This document shows positions 49,067-58,415 of a DNA stretch of 64,000 nucleotides, in pieces. The DNA is from Thermoproteota archaeon (GTDB taxonomy: Archaea > Korarchaeota > Korarchaeia > Korarchaeales > Korarchaeaceae): contig JALSOH010000006.1 of NCBI GenBank assembly GCA_026986575.1, forward strand, positions 1 through 64,000. The letters are read 5' to 3'. Below the pieces are notes generated by a model. The model saw nothing but the letters and a program-made list of their open reading frames with translations. It was not told the origin of the DNA and made no database searches. The number at the start of each line of letters is the position of its first letter. Within the stretch, counting starts at the first letter, position 1. The translations under genes and the position numbers were made by a program.

Positions 49067-50439
49067 TGAAGTTCGGGGGGTCCATACTCGAGGGAGCTGG
49101 GGACCTCCAATCCATAGCGGACTATCTGAAGGGAGCGCTGGAGGAGGAGAGGATAGTAGCCGTAATCTCCGCCCTTAAGGGAGTCACTGACCATCTACTC
49201 AAGATCGGCGAGCTAGCTGCGTTAGGAGACGAGCTTGCAGTCATGAAAGAGCTACAATCTCTGAGTGAGAAGCACCTGAGTATATGTGAAGACTTGGGGC
49301 TGACTTGTCAAGCTGTCAGGAAGGAGTTGGAGAAGCTTGAGAAGATAGTAATAGGGATAACTTACATCGGGGAGATTACACCCAGATTGAGAGATCTCAT
49401 AGCTTCCATGGGAGAGAACCTATCTGGAAGTATCCTGTCTGAGCTGCTCCGTAAGAAGGGCGTTAAATCTAGGTTTCTAACGGGAGGAGAGGCCGGTATA
49501 GTCACGGATGACTCTCATGGCGAGGCCAATCCGCTCCTCAAAGCCACTCGCGTTTATGTGAGGAGCAGGCTCCTCCCACTACTCGAAGACACACTGCCTG
49601 TCGTGGCTGGCTTCTCTGGGCTCTCCCAAGAGGGTAGAGTCACGACTTTGGGGCGAGGAGGGAGTGATCTGACTGCGGTCCTCCTCGGATCCTCTTTGGG
49701 GTCTAGGGAGGTTTGGCTCTGGACTAATGTGGACGGTCTACTTACCGCTGACCCGAGGATAGTTAAGGATGCCCGTCTGATCAAACAGGTCTCTTACAGG
49801 GAAGCCATAGAGCTAGCGTACTTCGGTGCGAAGAGGATGCATCCTAGGTTCTTGGAGCCGGCTATGGTGACCTCCACTCCTGTGAGGATAAGGAACTTCC
49901 GTAACATGAGCTCTCCCGGCACCCTCATTTCCAGCAGGGAGGTAAGGAGCAGAGAGGTGGTTAAGGCCGTGGGTCTGAGAAGAGGAGTATCTATAATAAC
50001 AGTCAGGGGTGTCGGGATGATCGGGCGTCCCGGAACGGCCGGTCGGCTGTTCTCACTCTTGGGGGACAATGGGCTCAATGTGCTTATGATCTCCCAGAGC
50101 ATCTCAGAGTCGGACATCTCGATAGTCCTAGAGGCCGAGGAGGCCGAGAGGGCGAGGGGTATAATGGAAGCTAGGCTCTTAGGGCCCATATTCAAAGAGG
50201 TCCTCTTGGATAGGGGGTGCTCTGTAGTGGCCGCTATAGGATCTGGGATGAGGGGCACTCCCGGTGTCGCTTCTCGCATCTTCGGAGCAGTCTCCGCAAG
50301 GGAAATAAACGTGAAGATGATAGCTCAGGGATCCTCGGAGGTCAATATATCGTTCGTGGTCGACGAAACCGATGGAGAAGAGGCTGTGAGGGCATTGCAC
50401 GACGAATTCGAGCTGGGGAAGGAAGGAGAGGATCTCTGA
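49057..50439 (+). CDS. lysC: Aspartate kinase with ACT domains
   Basis: MKFGGS, SA..GVTD, GE..S, TLGRGGSD, DPR, QGSSE. Confidence 0.96.
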   Translation: MLIMKFGGSILEGAGDLQSIADYLKGALEEERIVAVISALKGVTDHLLKIGELAALGDELAVMKELQSLSEKHLSICEDLGLTCQAVRKELEKLEKIVIGITYIGEITPRLRDLIASMGENLSGSILSELLRKKGVKSRFLTGGEAGIVTDDSHGEANPLLKATRVYVRSRLLPLLEDTLPVVAGFSGLSQEGRVTTLGRGGSDLTAVLLGSSLGSREVWLWTNVDGLLTADPRIVKDARLIKQVSYREAIELAYFGAKRMHPRFLEPAMVTSTPVRIRNFRNMSSPGTLISSREVRSREVVKAVGLRRGVSIITVRGVGMIGRPGTAGRLFSLLGDNGLNVLMISQSISESDISIVLEAEEAERARGIMEARLLGPIFKEVLLDRGCSVVAAIGSGMRGTPGVASRIFGAVSAREINVKMIAQGSSEVNISFVVDETDGEEAVRALHDEFELGKEGEDL

Positions 50440-50486
50440 GTCCTTCCTAGAAAACTTATATTTGGTGAGCCATCATCTCATGCTTG

Positions 50487-50562
50487 GCCCCGGTAGCTCA
50501 GTTGGCAGAGCGGCCGCCTTGTAAGCGGCAGGTCGGGGGTTCGAGACCCCCCCGGGGCTCCA
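50487..50562 (+). tRNA. tRNA-Thr(TGT), CCA encoded
   Basis: GCCCCGG/CCGGGGC acceptor stem; GCCGC-CT TGT AA-GCGGC. Confidence 0.96.
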
Positions 50563-51327
50563 TCACAGCTCTACCATATCCTCGATCTCTACTCTCCTGA
50601 CGACCTCACGGATCCCGGCTACGATCGAGTACTCCCTATTTAGACCCTCTATCCGGTGCTTATTCACCAAAACGGTTCCTCCTGCCTCCTTAACCATCAG
50701 AAGGCCGGCTGCTAGATCCACTATTCTCAGGTCCCCTCTGAGATCAATGAGAGCGTCTATCCGACCCTCTGCCACCAGAGATAAGCCTAAGGCAACAGAT
50801 CCCAAATCCCTCCTCGCTATATGCTTGAATCCCAGCCTCTCCTTGGTTACTGGGTCGTTCCTTTGACAAGGTGAGTAGATGACCGGTGTACCCCTGAAGT
50901 CTCTCACTCTCACCCTGTTCCCGTTCTTGAAGGCACCTCTTCCCTTGATGGCGTGATATAGGTTTCCCCTGAATAGGTCCAGTAGAACCGCCATCTCGAG
51001 ATCCTTCAGCGAGTATGAGGAGGAATAGGCCACGGAGACGCAGGCGAAAGGAATTCCCCTGTCGGCATTGGAACTACCGTCCACGGGATCGATGAGGATA
51101 ATTCCCCTCTCTCGTCCCTCGATAAGTCCGCTCTCCTCGCTGAGGATGCTCGGATGTCTTTCCCTCTCCTCTAACCATACAGAGAGAGCCTCCTGCGCTG
51201 CCTCGTCCACTGCCCTAGCGGTATCCCCTCCAGCGCTAACGTAGGAATATTCCCTGTCCGCTCCTATGAAGGGAAGGGCCTTCTCCTTTATTTTCAGGGC
51301 GAGGTCAACTAGCTCCCTTAGATCTAT
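50563..51327 (-). CDS. Inositol monophosphatase / FBPase family protein
   Basis: SEESG, IDPVDGS.N, GS.AL, D.AAG; homology-like frame continues upstream of GTG 51210 to ATA 51327. Confidence 0.9.
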   Translation of the reverse strand: MDLRELVDLALKIKEKALPFIGADREYSYVSAGGDTARAVDEAAQEALSVWLEERERHPSILSEESGLIEGRERGIILIDPVDGSSNADRGIPFACVSVAYSSSYSLKDLEMAVLLDLFRGNLYHAIKGRGAFKNGNRVRVRDFRGTPVIYSPCQRNDPVTKERLGFKHIARRDLGSVALGLSLVAEGRIDALIDLRGDLRIVDLAAGLLMVKEAGGTVLVNKHRIEGLNREYSIVAGIREVVRRVEIEDMVEL

Positions 51328-51349
51328 CCCTGAACCCCCCGAAAAAGTG

Positions 51350-51610
51350 TTAGGAGGAGATGCCCTTCACCCGACTGTCGAACCTGAGCCAGTTCTCGTG
51401 GGCGGAGGGCTCTCTCTCCTTGAGGTAGTTGAGCACGAATTCCCTGATCTCCGAGCTATCTACTACCTCTTTGTCCTTGAATTTCTCCTGTACTACCTTA
51501 GCAACCTCATCAGCCAACTCAACGGAAGCACCAGCCTTAATTGCGGCCGCAACTATCTTTACGGGAAGGAACTCCTCCTCGGTCCCGGTGCTTCTCTTTC
51601 TCACCTTCAT
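51350..51610 (-). CDS. Stand-alone ATP-cone domain protein
   Basis: MKVRKR..G..EEF...KI..A...AG, V.SSEIR..V...L; GGTGA RBS. Confidence 0.82.
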   Translation of the reverse strand: MKVRKRSTGTEEEFLPVKIVAAAIKAGASVELADEVAKVVQEKFKDKEVVDSSEIREFVLNYLKEREPSAHENWLRFDSRVKGISS

Positions 51611-51695
51611 GTCATCACCTGGAGAGCTGGCTACCTGAATACGAAAAACTTTCACTCCTAGGGGTACGGTTAAAAGGGGATGCGGGAAGGCCGAG

Positions 51696-52121
51696 ATGAT
51701 CACCATGAACATAGCCGTGAGGGTAATGAGGGTTCAGGCCGAGAGATACGTGGAGCCAGAGGATCCACTGCCGCCAAACTTACAGATCTCCGTTAACATG
51801 AACCTAGGGAAGATAGAGGGATCTAAGGAGAGGGCTAAAGGTAAGTTCCTCATAGATGTGAGTTACCAACCCTCCGTGGCCAGAATAACCGTGGAGGGTA
51901 GGGTCATCATAACCGGCAAGAAAGATGAGATAGAGAGGATGTTGAGGGATGTAGGGGCCGGTAAGATGCCTCAGCCTGTGGTCCAAGCTGTGTACGCGGC
52001 GAGCTTCGCGGAGGCGGTTATGCTGTGTAGGTCGGTGGGAGTGCCTCCACCCCTGCCGCCGCTACCCCAGCCGCAGCCAGAGGGAAAAGGTAAGGCAGAG
52101 GGAATGGAATACTCACTGTGA
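51696..52121 (+). CDS. Conserved-looking archaeal hypothetical protein with Pro-rich tail
   Basis: Beta-rich N-half (F..SY.PSVA.I..EG), helix, then PPPLPPLP. Confidence 0.75.
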   Translation: MITMNIAVRVMRVQAERYVEPEDPLPPNLQISVNMNLGKIEGSKERAKGKFLIDVSYQPSVARITVEGRVIITGKKDEIERMLRDVGAGKMPQPVVQAVYAASFAEAVMLCRSVGVPPPLPPLPQPQPEGKGKAEGMEYSL

Positions 52122-52130
52122 GGGATCCCA

Positions 52131-52772
52131 ATGTGGGTGGACTTTCATGTGCATACTAGGAGATCCCGGGACTCAATGGCCTCTCCTAGGGATGTGGCTA
52201 AGTTAGCTGTGAGGAGGGGACTGAGCGCCATAGCTATAACCGATCACAATGAGGTGATAGGGGCCCAAGAGGTGATAGAAGAGGTCAGGAGGCTGGGTGT
52301 GGATCTGACTGTCATCCCGGGGGAGGAGGTGAAGACAGCGCAGGGCGATGTCATAGGGCTGTTCATAAGCGAGAGAATACCCAAAGGCATGGACGCGTCG
52401 GAAACCGTGGATAAAATAAAGGAGCAGGGGGGTTTGGTGATAGTGCCTCACCCTTTTGACAGGAAGAGGAGAGGAGCCTTGGGAAACGCGATCTTGGATA
52501 TTGTAGGAAAAATCGACTACATAGAGGTGATGAACGGGAGAACCCCCTCTTGGAATAATAGGAAGGCTGAGGAGTTCGCTAAACGGTACGGCATACCTGG
52601 TATAGGAGGAAGCGATGCCCACTGGCCTAGAGAGATAGGAAAGGTCAGGACGCTAGTTTCCAAGCTGGATGAAGGAAAAATAGAGCCAATAAAGGTGGAG
52701 GGGAACGGGTGGCCCCCCGTGATCTTTGGAGTCCTGTACTCATCCGTTGCTAAGGTGTATAAGATGCTCTAG
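52131..52772 (+). CDS. PHP-domain phosphoesterase
   Basis: DFHVHT..S.D, AITDHN, GEEV, PHPF, GGSDAH. Confidence 0.93.
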   Translation: MWVDFHVHTRRSRDSMASPRDVAKLAVRRGLSAIAITDHNEVIGAQEVIEEVRRLGVDLTVIPGEEVKTAQGDVIGLFISERIPKGMDASETVDKIKEQGGLVIVPHPFDRKRRGALGNAILDIVGKIDYIEVMNGRTPSWNNRKAEEFAKRYGIPGIGGSDAHWPREIGKVRTLVSKLDEGKIEPIKVEGNGWPPVIFGVLYSSVAKVYKML

Positions 52773-53024
52773 CTAACCCCCTCCCACCTCGGGCATTATG
52801 GTGATCTCATCTTCAGGCCCCACCTCTGCGTCCAGTCCGCCCTTCGACTCCGCGGATATTCCGTTGATCAAGACTATCATCTTGAACCTTTCACCATCTG
52901 TCACGAGCTCCCTTACCTCTTGGGGAAGAGCTTCGAGCACCTTCCTCAGTGTAGTCCTGCCTAGGTTCAGCTCTACCTCCTTGCCTAGAAGCTCCCTCGG
53001 TTTTCCCAGTAACTTGAGTCTCAT
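52773..53024 (-). CDS. MoaD/ThiS (SAMP-like) ubiquitin-like sulfur carrier
   Basis: Beta-grasp pattern, LING, DEI.IMP.VGGG C-terminus. Confidence 0.88.
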   Translation of the reverse strand: MRLKLLGKPRELLGKEVELNLGRTTLRKVLEALPQEVRELVTDGERFKMIVLINGISAESKGGLDAEVGPEDEITIMPEVGGG

Positions 53025-53035
53025 GAGAGTTCTCC

Positions 53036-54898
53036 TTACTCCGAGAGGCTCACCACTTTCTCCAGTTGAGGTATGACGCTCTCCAATCCCAGAGATCTGA
53101 GCGTGCTCTTCCTTGGGACGCCGTTGGTGTCCCACCCTCTGAGCTCGTAGTACCATGAGAGCATCTTATCGTAAGAGTCCCTGTCGAGCTTGGCGCCGGC
53201 AAGCGGTCCCTTGGTCAAGGGCTCCTCGAACCACTTCGCCGGTGGATAGTCCATGGTCCTATTCCAGCCACCCTTCTCCCTTATCCAGAAGGCCCTTATA
53301 AGCGAGTATATCCTGTTGGATATTATGTAGAGGTCGTCCCAGGTGTACTCCAGCCCAGTCGCAGCCTTCAGGAACTTGGTGTACCATTCAAGATCGAAGC
53401 CAAGCTCGATCCACGGTAATCTGCAGGTTACAGCGCTCTCGAAGAATCCTCCCCTCACGTTCTGCATCCAGATGAGCTTCTCCACCCTATCTCTACTCGC
53501 TACCCCTCTACCCTCCCTGACTTCTATTGAGATGAACCACGCGTCTTTGTGATGGGCCCCTATGGGACTCGTTCCATAGGCTAAGGCCATTCCTATGTAT
53601 GCATGGCAGTCGTATGCACTGGTCTCCAGCCCCTTAACGTGCATCGCGAATTTCTCGGCACCATTTCTTAGCTTGGAAGCAGCGTAAGCTACTCCCTCAG
53701 CCAGCACAGCACCGAATCCCTCCTTATTCACGATCTTCCTAGCCAGTTCCAGCATGGCCGGGGCGTTGCCCCACTCTAGATCTACGCCGACCTCCTCTTT
53801 GCTCAGTATACCCCTCTGAACCGCCTCGGTCGCGAATGCCAAGGCTGAGCCCATGCTTATGGCGTCCAAACCGGTCTCGTCGGAGAAGAGATTTAGAGTC
53901 ATTACCCAGCTCATGTTGTTGATTCCCAAGTTAGAACCGTTCATTGCTATGTTCTCGTAGTCAACCTCGGTCCTCCTCCCTTGATACGGACCTTCCTTTA
54001 TCTCAGTTATGTTACCACAGGGCATGTTGCAGTTAGGGCAGCCCTTCTGGGCGACCTTGTATATTTTCTCCATAGCGTTGCCGCCTATCTTGTCAAATCC
54101 ATCGAATACTCCCTCACTGAAGTTGTAGGTGGGGAGCGCGCTGTTCTCATTGGCCCATTCCACGGTGAACATAGTTCCCTGCCGCACCCAGAAATCGTAG
54201 TTATCCTTGGACTTCACATCCTTGTAGGCCTCAGCCCCCAGTCTGAGGACCTCCTTTGGATTATCCATCGGTATCTCCTTGGTTCCTCTCACTACCAAGG
54301 CCTTTAGATTCTTTGAACCCATGACTGCACCCATTCCTGGTCTTCCGCCAGCCCTTCCCTTCTCCGAGGTGACCACGGATATCTTTACTAGGTTCTCCCC
54401 AGCCGGTCCGATCACTAGGATTCCCGCATTCTTACCGTACTGGGACTCCAACTCGTCCTGAGTCTTGTAGGTATCCAGCCCCCACAGGTCCTTAGCCGAC
54501 TTTATCTCCACATTGTCATCCTCAATTACTATCATAGACGGCTCCTCAGCCTTCCCGGAGACGATGACCGCGTCATAACCAGCCTTCTTCAGCTGGACGG
54601 AGGCCTTAGTGCCTATATTACCGTCCCCATAGCCTCCTGTTAGGGGGGACTTGGCAGCTATGACCATCTTCCCGCTGCTCGGGAGCGTCAATCCAGTTAG
54701 AGGTCCAGTAGCAAATATGAGCAAGTTTTCTGGGGAAAGGGGGTCCATGCTAGGTGGAAGCTCCTCCCAGAGTGTCTTTATGGCGAGGCCCCTTCCACCG
54801 AGGAAATCTACGGCAACTTTAGGGTCTAGATCCTGTACCACAGCCTTTCCCCGGGTGAGGTCCACCCTGAGTATCTTGCCAGTCCAACCACCCTTCAT
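53036..54898 (-). CDS. Tungsten-type aldehyde:ferredoxin oxidoreductase family protein
   Basis: GW.GKILRVDL, KSPLTG, AGGR.GMGAVMGSKNLKA, CPNC..PC, YY.LRGW. Confidence 0.95.
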   Translation of the reverse strand: MKGGWTGKILRVDLTRGKAVVQDLDPKVAVDFLGGRGLAIKTLWEELPPSMDPLSPENLLIFATGPLTGLTLPSSGKMVIAAKSPLTGGYGDGNIGTKASVQLKKAGYDAVIVSGKAEEPSMIVIEDDNVEIKSAKDLWGLDTYKTQDELESQYGKNAGILVIGPAGENLVKISVVTSEKGRAGGRPGMGAVMGSKNLKALVVRGTKEIPMDNPKEVLRLGAEAYKDVKSKDNYDFWVRQGTMFTVEWANENSALPTYNFSEGVFDGFDKIGGNAMEKIYKVAQKGCPNCNMPCGNITEIKEGPYQGRRTEVDYENIAMNGSNLGINNMSWVMTLNLFSDETGLDAISMGSALAFATEAVQRGILSKEEVGVDLEWGNAPAMLELARKIVNKEGFGAVLAEGVAYAASKLRNGAEKFAMHVKGLETSAYDCHAYIGMALAYGTSPIGAHHKDAWFISIEVREGRGVASRDRVEKLIWMQNVRGGFFESAVTCRLPWIELGFDLEWYTKFLKAATGLEYTWDDLYIISNRIYSLIRAFWIREKGGWNRTMDYPPAKWFEEPLTKGPLAGAKLDRDSYDKMLSWYYELRGWDTNGVPRKSTLRSLGLESVIPQLEKVVSLSE

Positions 54899-54927
54899 TC
54901 GATCACCGGGATTCACGGCAGCTGAAA

Positions 54928-54943
54928 ATTAAAAGGTTTTAAT
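54928..54943. promoter_or_regulatory. Palindromic AT-rich element in divergent AOR / lipS2 promoter
   Basis: ATTAAAA-GG-TTTTAAT inverted repeat. Confidence 0.5.
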
Positions 54944-54974
54944 GCATAAGAATCCCGTGTGGCTCCACACAGGT

Positions 54975-55898
54975 TTGGCGGGGGATTCCAGCACTGTAAG
55001 GGCTTCAGTAGGGACTCTAGTGAGACTCGGGCTCCTTCACATGAAGATGACCGCAGCTCCTAGGACGGCTTACCTACTGCTCCCAGGCGGGTGTTTGGGC
55101 AAGTGCGCCTTCTGCCCTCAATGGGTCGACGAGGCCAGATTAGCTAGGCTGAGATGGCCGCTGGTTGATGTGAATAGCGTGGTCAGGGGCCAAGGGCTCT
55201 TCGAGAGAATATGCATCCAATCGACGCTTAGAAGAGGATTTTCATCCGAGGTAGAGAGCCTAGCATCGCTGTTTAGGGGTCCCGTCTCCATCTCCATAAA
55301 TCCCGTGCATCGAGATATACTGCAGCGCTTGAGGAGATACGCTGAAAGGATAGGAATTGGGCTGGATGCCATGTCCCCTACGGTATTCCGTAGAGTGAAT
55401 AAGCCCGGATCATGGAACTCATACATTAAGTTCATTGAGAACGCCATCAACGTATTTGGCAGGGGAAGGGTACACGTTCACCTGATAGCCGGGATGGGAG
55501 AATCCCTCGAGGAAGCTACACACATCATGTCCTCTCTATATGGGATGGGGGCTGAGGTAGCCCTCTTCTCGTTCACTCCCGTTCCCAGAACACCCATGGA
55601 ATCCCACCCTAAGCCAGATATCAGGTATTACAGGCAGCTTCAAGTGATACGGTACTTCTTGAGCGAGGGGATCCCCATCGAGGAAATCAAGTCTTACGAT
55701 CCCGACGAGTATAGGGAGGCTTTCCTGACCAGCGGATGCCCCTCCTGCAACAGGCCCTTTTACAACGAGAGCCCTAAAGGTCCGATATACAACTTCCCCG
55801 GCATGGATTTACTGAAGGGGGACTGGGAGAAGGTTAGGGAAGAGGTGATGACTGCCATTGGAGACCTTAGGGTTCATCCCCGTGGGAAAGTTCGCTGA
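54975..55898 (+). CDS. lipS2: Radical SAM protein, LipS2-like subunit of archaeal lipoyl synthase
   Basis: CLGKCAFC plus C-terminal TSGCPSCNRP signature; start TTG 54975 (or ATG 54942). Confidence 0.8.
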   Translation: MAGDSSTVRASVGTLVRLGLLHMKMTAAPRTAYLLLPGGCLGKCAFCPQWVDEARLARLRWPLVDVNSVVRGQGLFERICIQSTLRRGFSSEVESLASLFRGPVSISINPVHRDILQRLRRYAERIGIGLDAMSPTVFRRVNKPGSWNSYIKFIENAINVFGRGRVHVHLIAGMGESLEEATHIMSSLYGMGAEVALFSFTPVPRTPMESHPKPDIRYYRQLQVIRYFLSEGIPIEEIKSYDPDEYREAFLTSGCPSCNRPFYNESPKGPIYNFPGMDLLKGDWEKVREEVMTAIGDLRVHPRGKVR

Positions 55899-56679
55899 GG
55901 TAAGCATAACTGGACACTATTGTCCCCTGAATTGCCCAATGTGTCGCGGAAAATGGCTCAGGGGGATGATACCAGCTACTTCCCCAGCCGGACTAGTCCG
56001 GCTGGGTCGTAGCCTGAGAAAGAAGGGAATCGAGGGTATCTTAATAAGCGGTGGTTTGGGGATTGACGGAAAACTGCCGCTGAGACCGTTCGCATCGGCT
56101 ATCCGAGAACTTAAAGAGATGGGATTCTTCATCAGCGTTCACACTGGAGTGGTTGGTGAGGAGGAGGCCAAGCTGCTCTCCATGGCTCAGGTGGACTTGG
56201 CCGACTACGAGTTGATCCTAGACGAAGAGGCCATAAGAAGGGCAAAGTCGCTCAAACTCACACCTGAAGACTTCGTGAGGGGTATGGAGCTTCTAGTTGA
56301 ATCGTCTATAGAGGTGGTTCCTCACATCACCGTGGGACTGCCTGGCTCCCGAGAGAAATGGTTCGAGGATGCAGCTAACGTAATCAGGGAGCTCGGAATA
56401 AGGAGATCGGTTGTACTAGTTTTCATACCAACCCCAGACACCCCCTTTGAGGACTACGAACCTCCACCACTGGGCAGGATGGTCGAGATAACCCGTGCGC
56501 TCAGCAGATCCTCGAAGGTCAGCCTTGGGTGCATGAGACCTCCTTGGATGAAGAAGAGGTTGGACAATGCTTTGAAGGGTCTGGTGGACAGAATAGCGAA
56601 TCCCCATCCCAGCATAGGGCTCAGCATAGTCCATGCGTGCTGTTCAATCCCTGAAGAGCTGATAGAGAGGTTCCTTTAG
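55858..56679 (+). CDS. lipS1: Radical SAM protein, LipS1-like subunit of archaeal lipoyl synthase
   Basis: SITG..CPLNCPMC, LISGG, PHI..GL, GCMRP and terminal CC motifs. Confidence 0.8.
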   Translation: METLGFIPVGKFAEVSITGHYCPLNCPMCRGKWLRGMIPATSPAGLVRLGRSLRKKGIEGILISGGLGIDGKLPLRPFASAIRELKEMGFFISVHTGVVGEEEAKLLSMAQVDLADYELILDEEAIRRAKSLKLTPEDFVRGMELLVESSIEVVPHITVGLPGSREKWFEDAANVIRELGIRRSVVLVFIPTPDTPFEDYEPPPLGRMVEITRALSRSSKVSLGCMRPPWMKKRLDNALKGLVDRIANPHPSIGLSIVHACCSIPEELIERFL

Positions 56680-56681
56680 CT

Positions 56682-58349
56682 TCAACGAGTTAGGAAACTG
56701 ACTACTCCCCTCAGCAACGGGCTCTTTATGCAGTGAGCGAGGTCCTTCGTGGGGTAAAGTGAGAGGGATTTCTTCACCTCGGCATCCAGCTTTATCGCTA
56801 CCTCCTCAATGGATTCCTTTATCCTGTCTAGTGGAAGCCCCATTTCGACGTATCTCAAGACCTCTCTGTCCAACTGAACCCTCCTTTTTGCCAGTTCATA
56901 CGCCCTCTCATCTATAAGTCCCGCCTCGAGCTTGGCCCTGTTCAATCTCTCATACGCGGTCAGGGATGAAGACACTACATCATGTCGATCCATCCAGGCG
57001 GTCCGGTAGTTCAGTGAGTACTTCCAATGGTAGGAGGTTAGGGCCCTTCGGTAACTCTCTAGGTCCCTGAATAGGATCTCATACCCGTACACCTCAGGGT
57101 TGACGAAGGCTCTGCTGCCCGGATCTACGAAGGGTGCTAGGGGTGAGACAAATGCGTCCACTCTGTCCGAGATTTTCCTCAATTTGAGGAAGTAGGATGC
57201 CACTAGATAGGCCTGATCGGGGGTCTGTCTCGGGAGCCCCATCATAAAGTAAAGGTCTAATCTCTCGAATTTCAGCTCCTCCACATGCCTAACCATTTTT
57301 TCTAGCTGATCGTTGCTGTAAGGTCTTCCAAATGCCCTTCTAACTTCTTCCAGAGGACTTTCAGGTGAAATTTGGAGATAAACCTTGTGGGAGGTCCTCC
57401 TCAACTGCTCTAACACCCTCCTCGATGGAGGAGAGAAGAACTCGAATATCAGCTCGTTTTCCAGATCTAACTCCTTGAGGAGCTTGGATAACTCCTCAAC
57501 CCTATCTCCATACCTGAGATCCCCGACAAAGAATATTGGCATAGATGAAAGGTTAGCTATCCCTTCTACCTCGTCAGCTATAGCCCGAGGGGACTTCAGC
57601 GCCAGCTTGTCCCTCCGAAAGAACTTTGAGTAGGTGAACTTTGAACCACCACATGTAACACAGTCGAACGAGCAACCCTTGACGGTAATGATCCCCGCAA
57701 TGGGCGCCTCTATGAAGGAGCAGAAGGGGACCCCTAGCGAGAGATCCCTGCACCTCATCAAGTTCTTCACCAGTACCCCGTGGTCTATGATGAACTCGTC
57801 TAGGCTATCTGGGATCCAACTGAGTTCATTTTCCCTGATCCTCCCGTTATCTCTCCATATTATGTTAGGCGTTCTCGAGGGACCTTCCTCCAAGAACTTG
57901 AGGAAGGGTACTTCGGCACTGTCACCAAGCAGAACGGCATCCACGGAGTCATAGCCAGCCATGATCTCCCTCCTGAAGAATGTAGAGGATAGGCCTCCCA
58001 ACACGACCTTGCTGTCCGGATGGTATCTCTTCAAGATCCTCGCTATCTCCAAGGCTCCATGCGCGTGGACAAGCCAGTGGAGATCTATACCATAGACATC
58101 GGCCTCCAAATCCTTCAAGAATTTCTCCACATCGAATTCCCTGTCCCTCAGCATTTTAGAGGCCAGATTGAATATCCCAACCTTGTACCCCCTTCTGCTC
58201 AGATAGGTAGCTAGCGTGAGGAAGCCATAGGGTATCATGTCGAAGACGAAGAGGGAAGGTACCACCTCGCTTATGACCGTAGCGTAGAGGTAGCGATCTC
58301 TGAAGTCATAGACGCTAGGTGCATGAATTAGCGCCACGTCCACTTTCAA
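56682..58349 (-). CDS. B12-binding domain / radical SAM protein (TIGR04190-like family)
   Basis: LIHAPSVYDFR, GIDLHWL.H.HG, GG.S, KGCSFDCVTCGGS, ISPES, PL.PF.DPGS; start TTG 58349 or ATG 58400. Confidence 0.88.
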   Translation of the reverse strand: MKVDVALIHAPSVYDFRDRYLYATVISEVVPSLFVFDMIPYGFLTLATYLSRRGYKVGIFNLASKMLRDREFDVEKFLKDLEADVYGIDLHWLVHAHGALEIARILKRYHPDSKVVLGGLSSTFFRREIMAGYDSVDAVLLGDSAEVPFLKFLEEGPSRTPNIIWRDNGRIRENELSWIPDSLDEFIIDHGVLVKNLMRCRDLSLGVPFCSFIEAPIAGIITVKGCSFDCVTCGGSKFTYSKFFRRDKLALKSPRAIADEVEGIANLSSMPIFFVGDLRYGDRVEELSKLLKELDLENELIFEFFSPPSRRVLEQLRRTSHKVYLQISPESPLEEVRRAFGRPYSNDQLEKMVRHVEELKFERLDLYFMMGLPRQTPDQAYLVASYFLKLRKISDRVDAFVSPLAPFVDPGSRAFVNPEVYGYEILFRDLESYRRALTSYHWKYSLNYRTAWMDRHDVVSSSLTAYERLNRAKLEAGLIDERAYELAKRRVQLDREVLRYVEMGLPLDRIKESIEEVAIKLDAEVKKSLSLYPTKDLAHCIKSPLLRGVVSFLTR

Positions 58350-58415
58350 GCCTGCAGCACCCGAGGCCAGACTAAATGCTTTTTTACTTAATGATTCCAT
58401 ACCCCCCGATCTCCT

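Noticed and set aside
38106-50562. Similar tRNA-Thr sequences in direct orientation bracketing 12 kb
   Set aside because: Two full isoacceptors (CGT, TGT); the interval is housekeeping genes with no mobile-element signature
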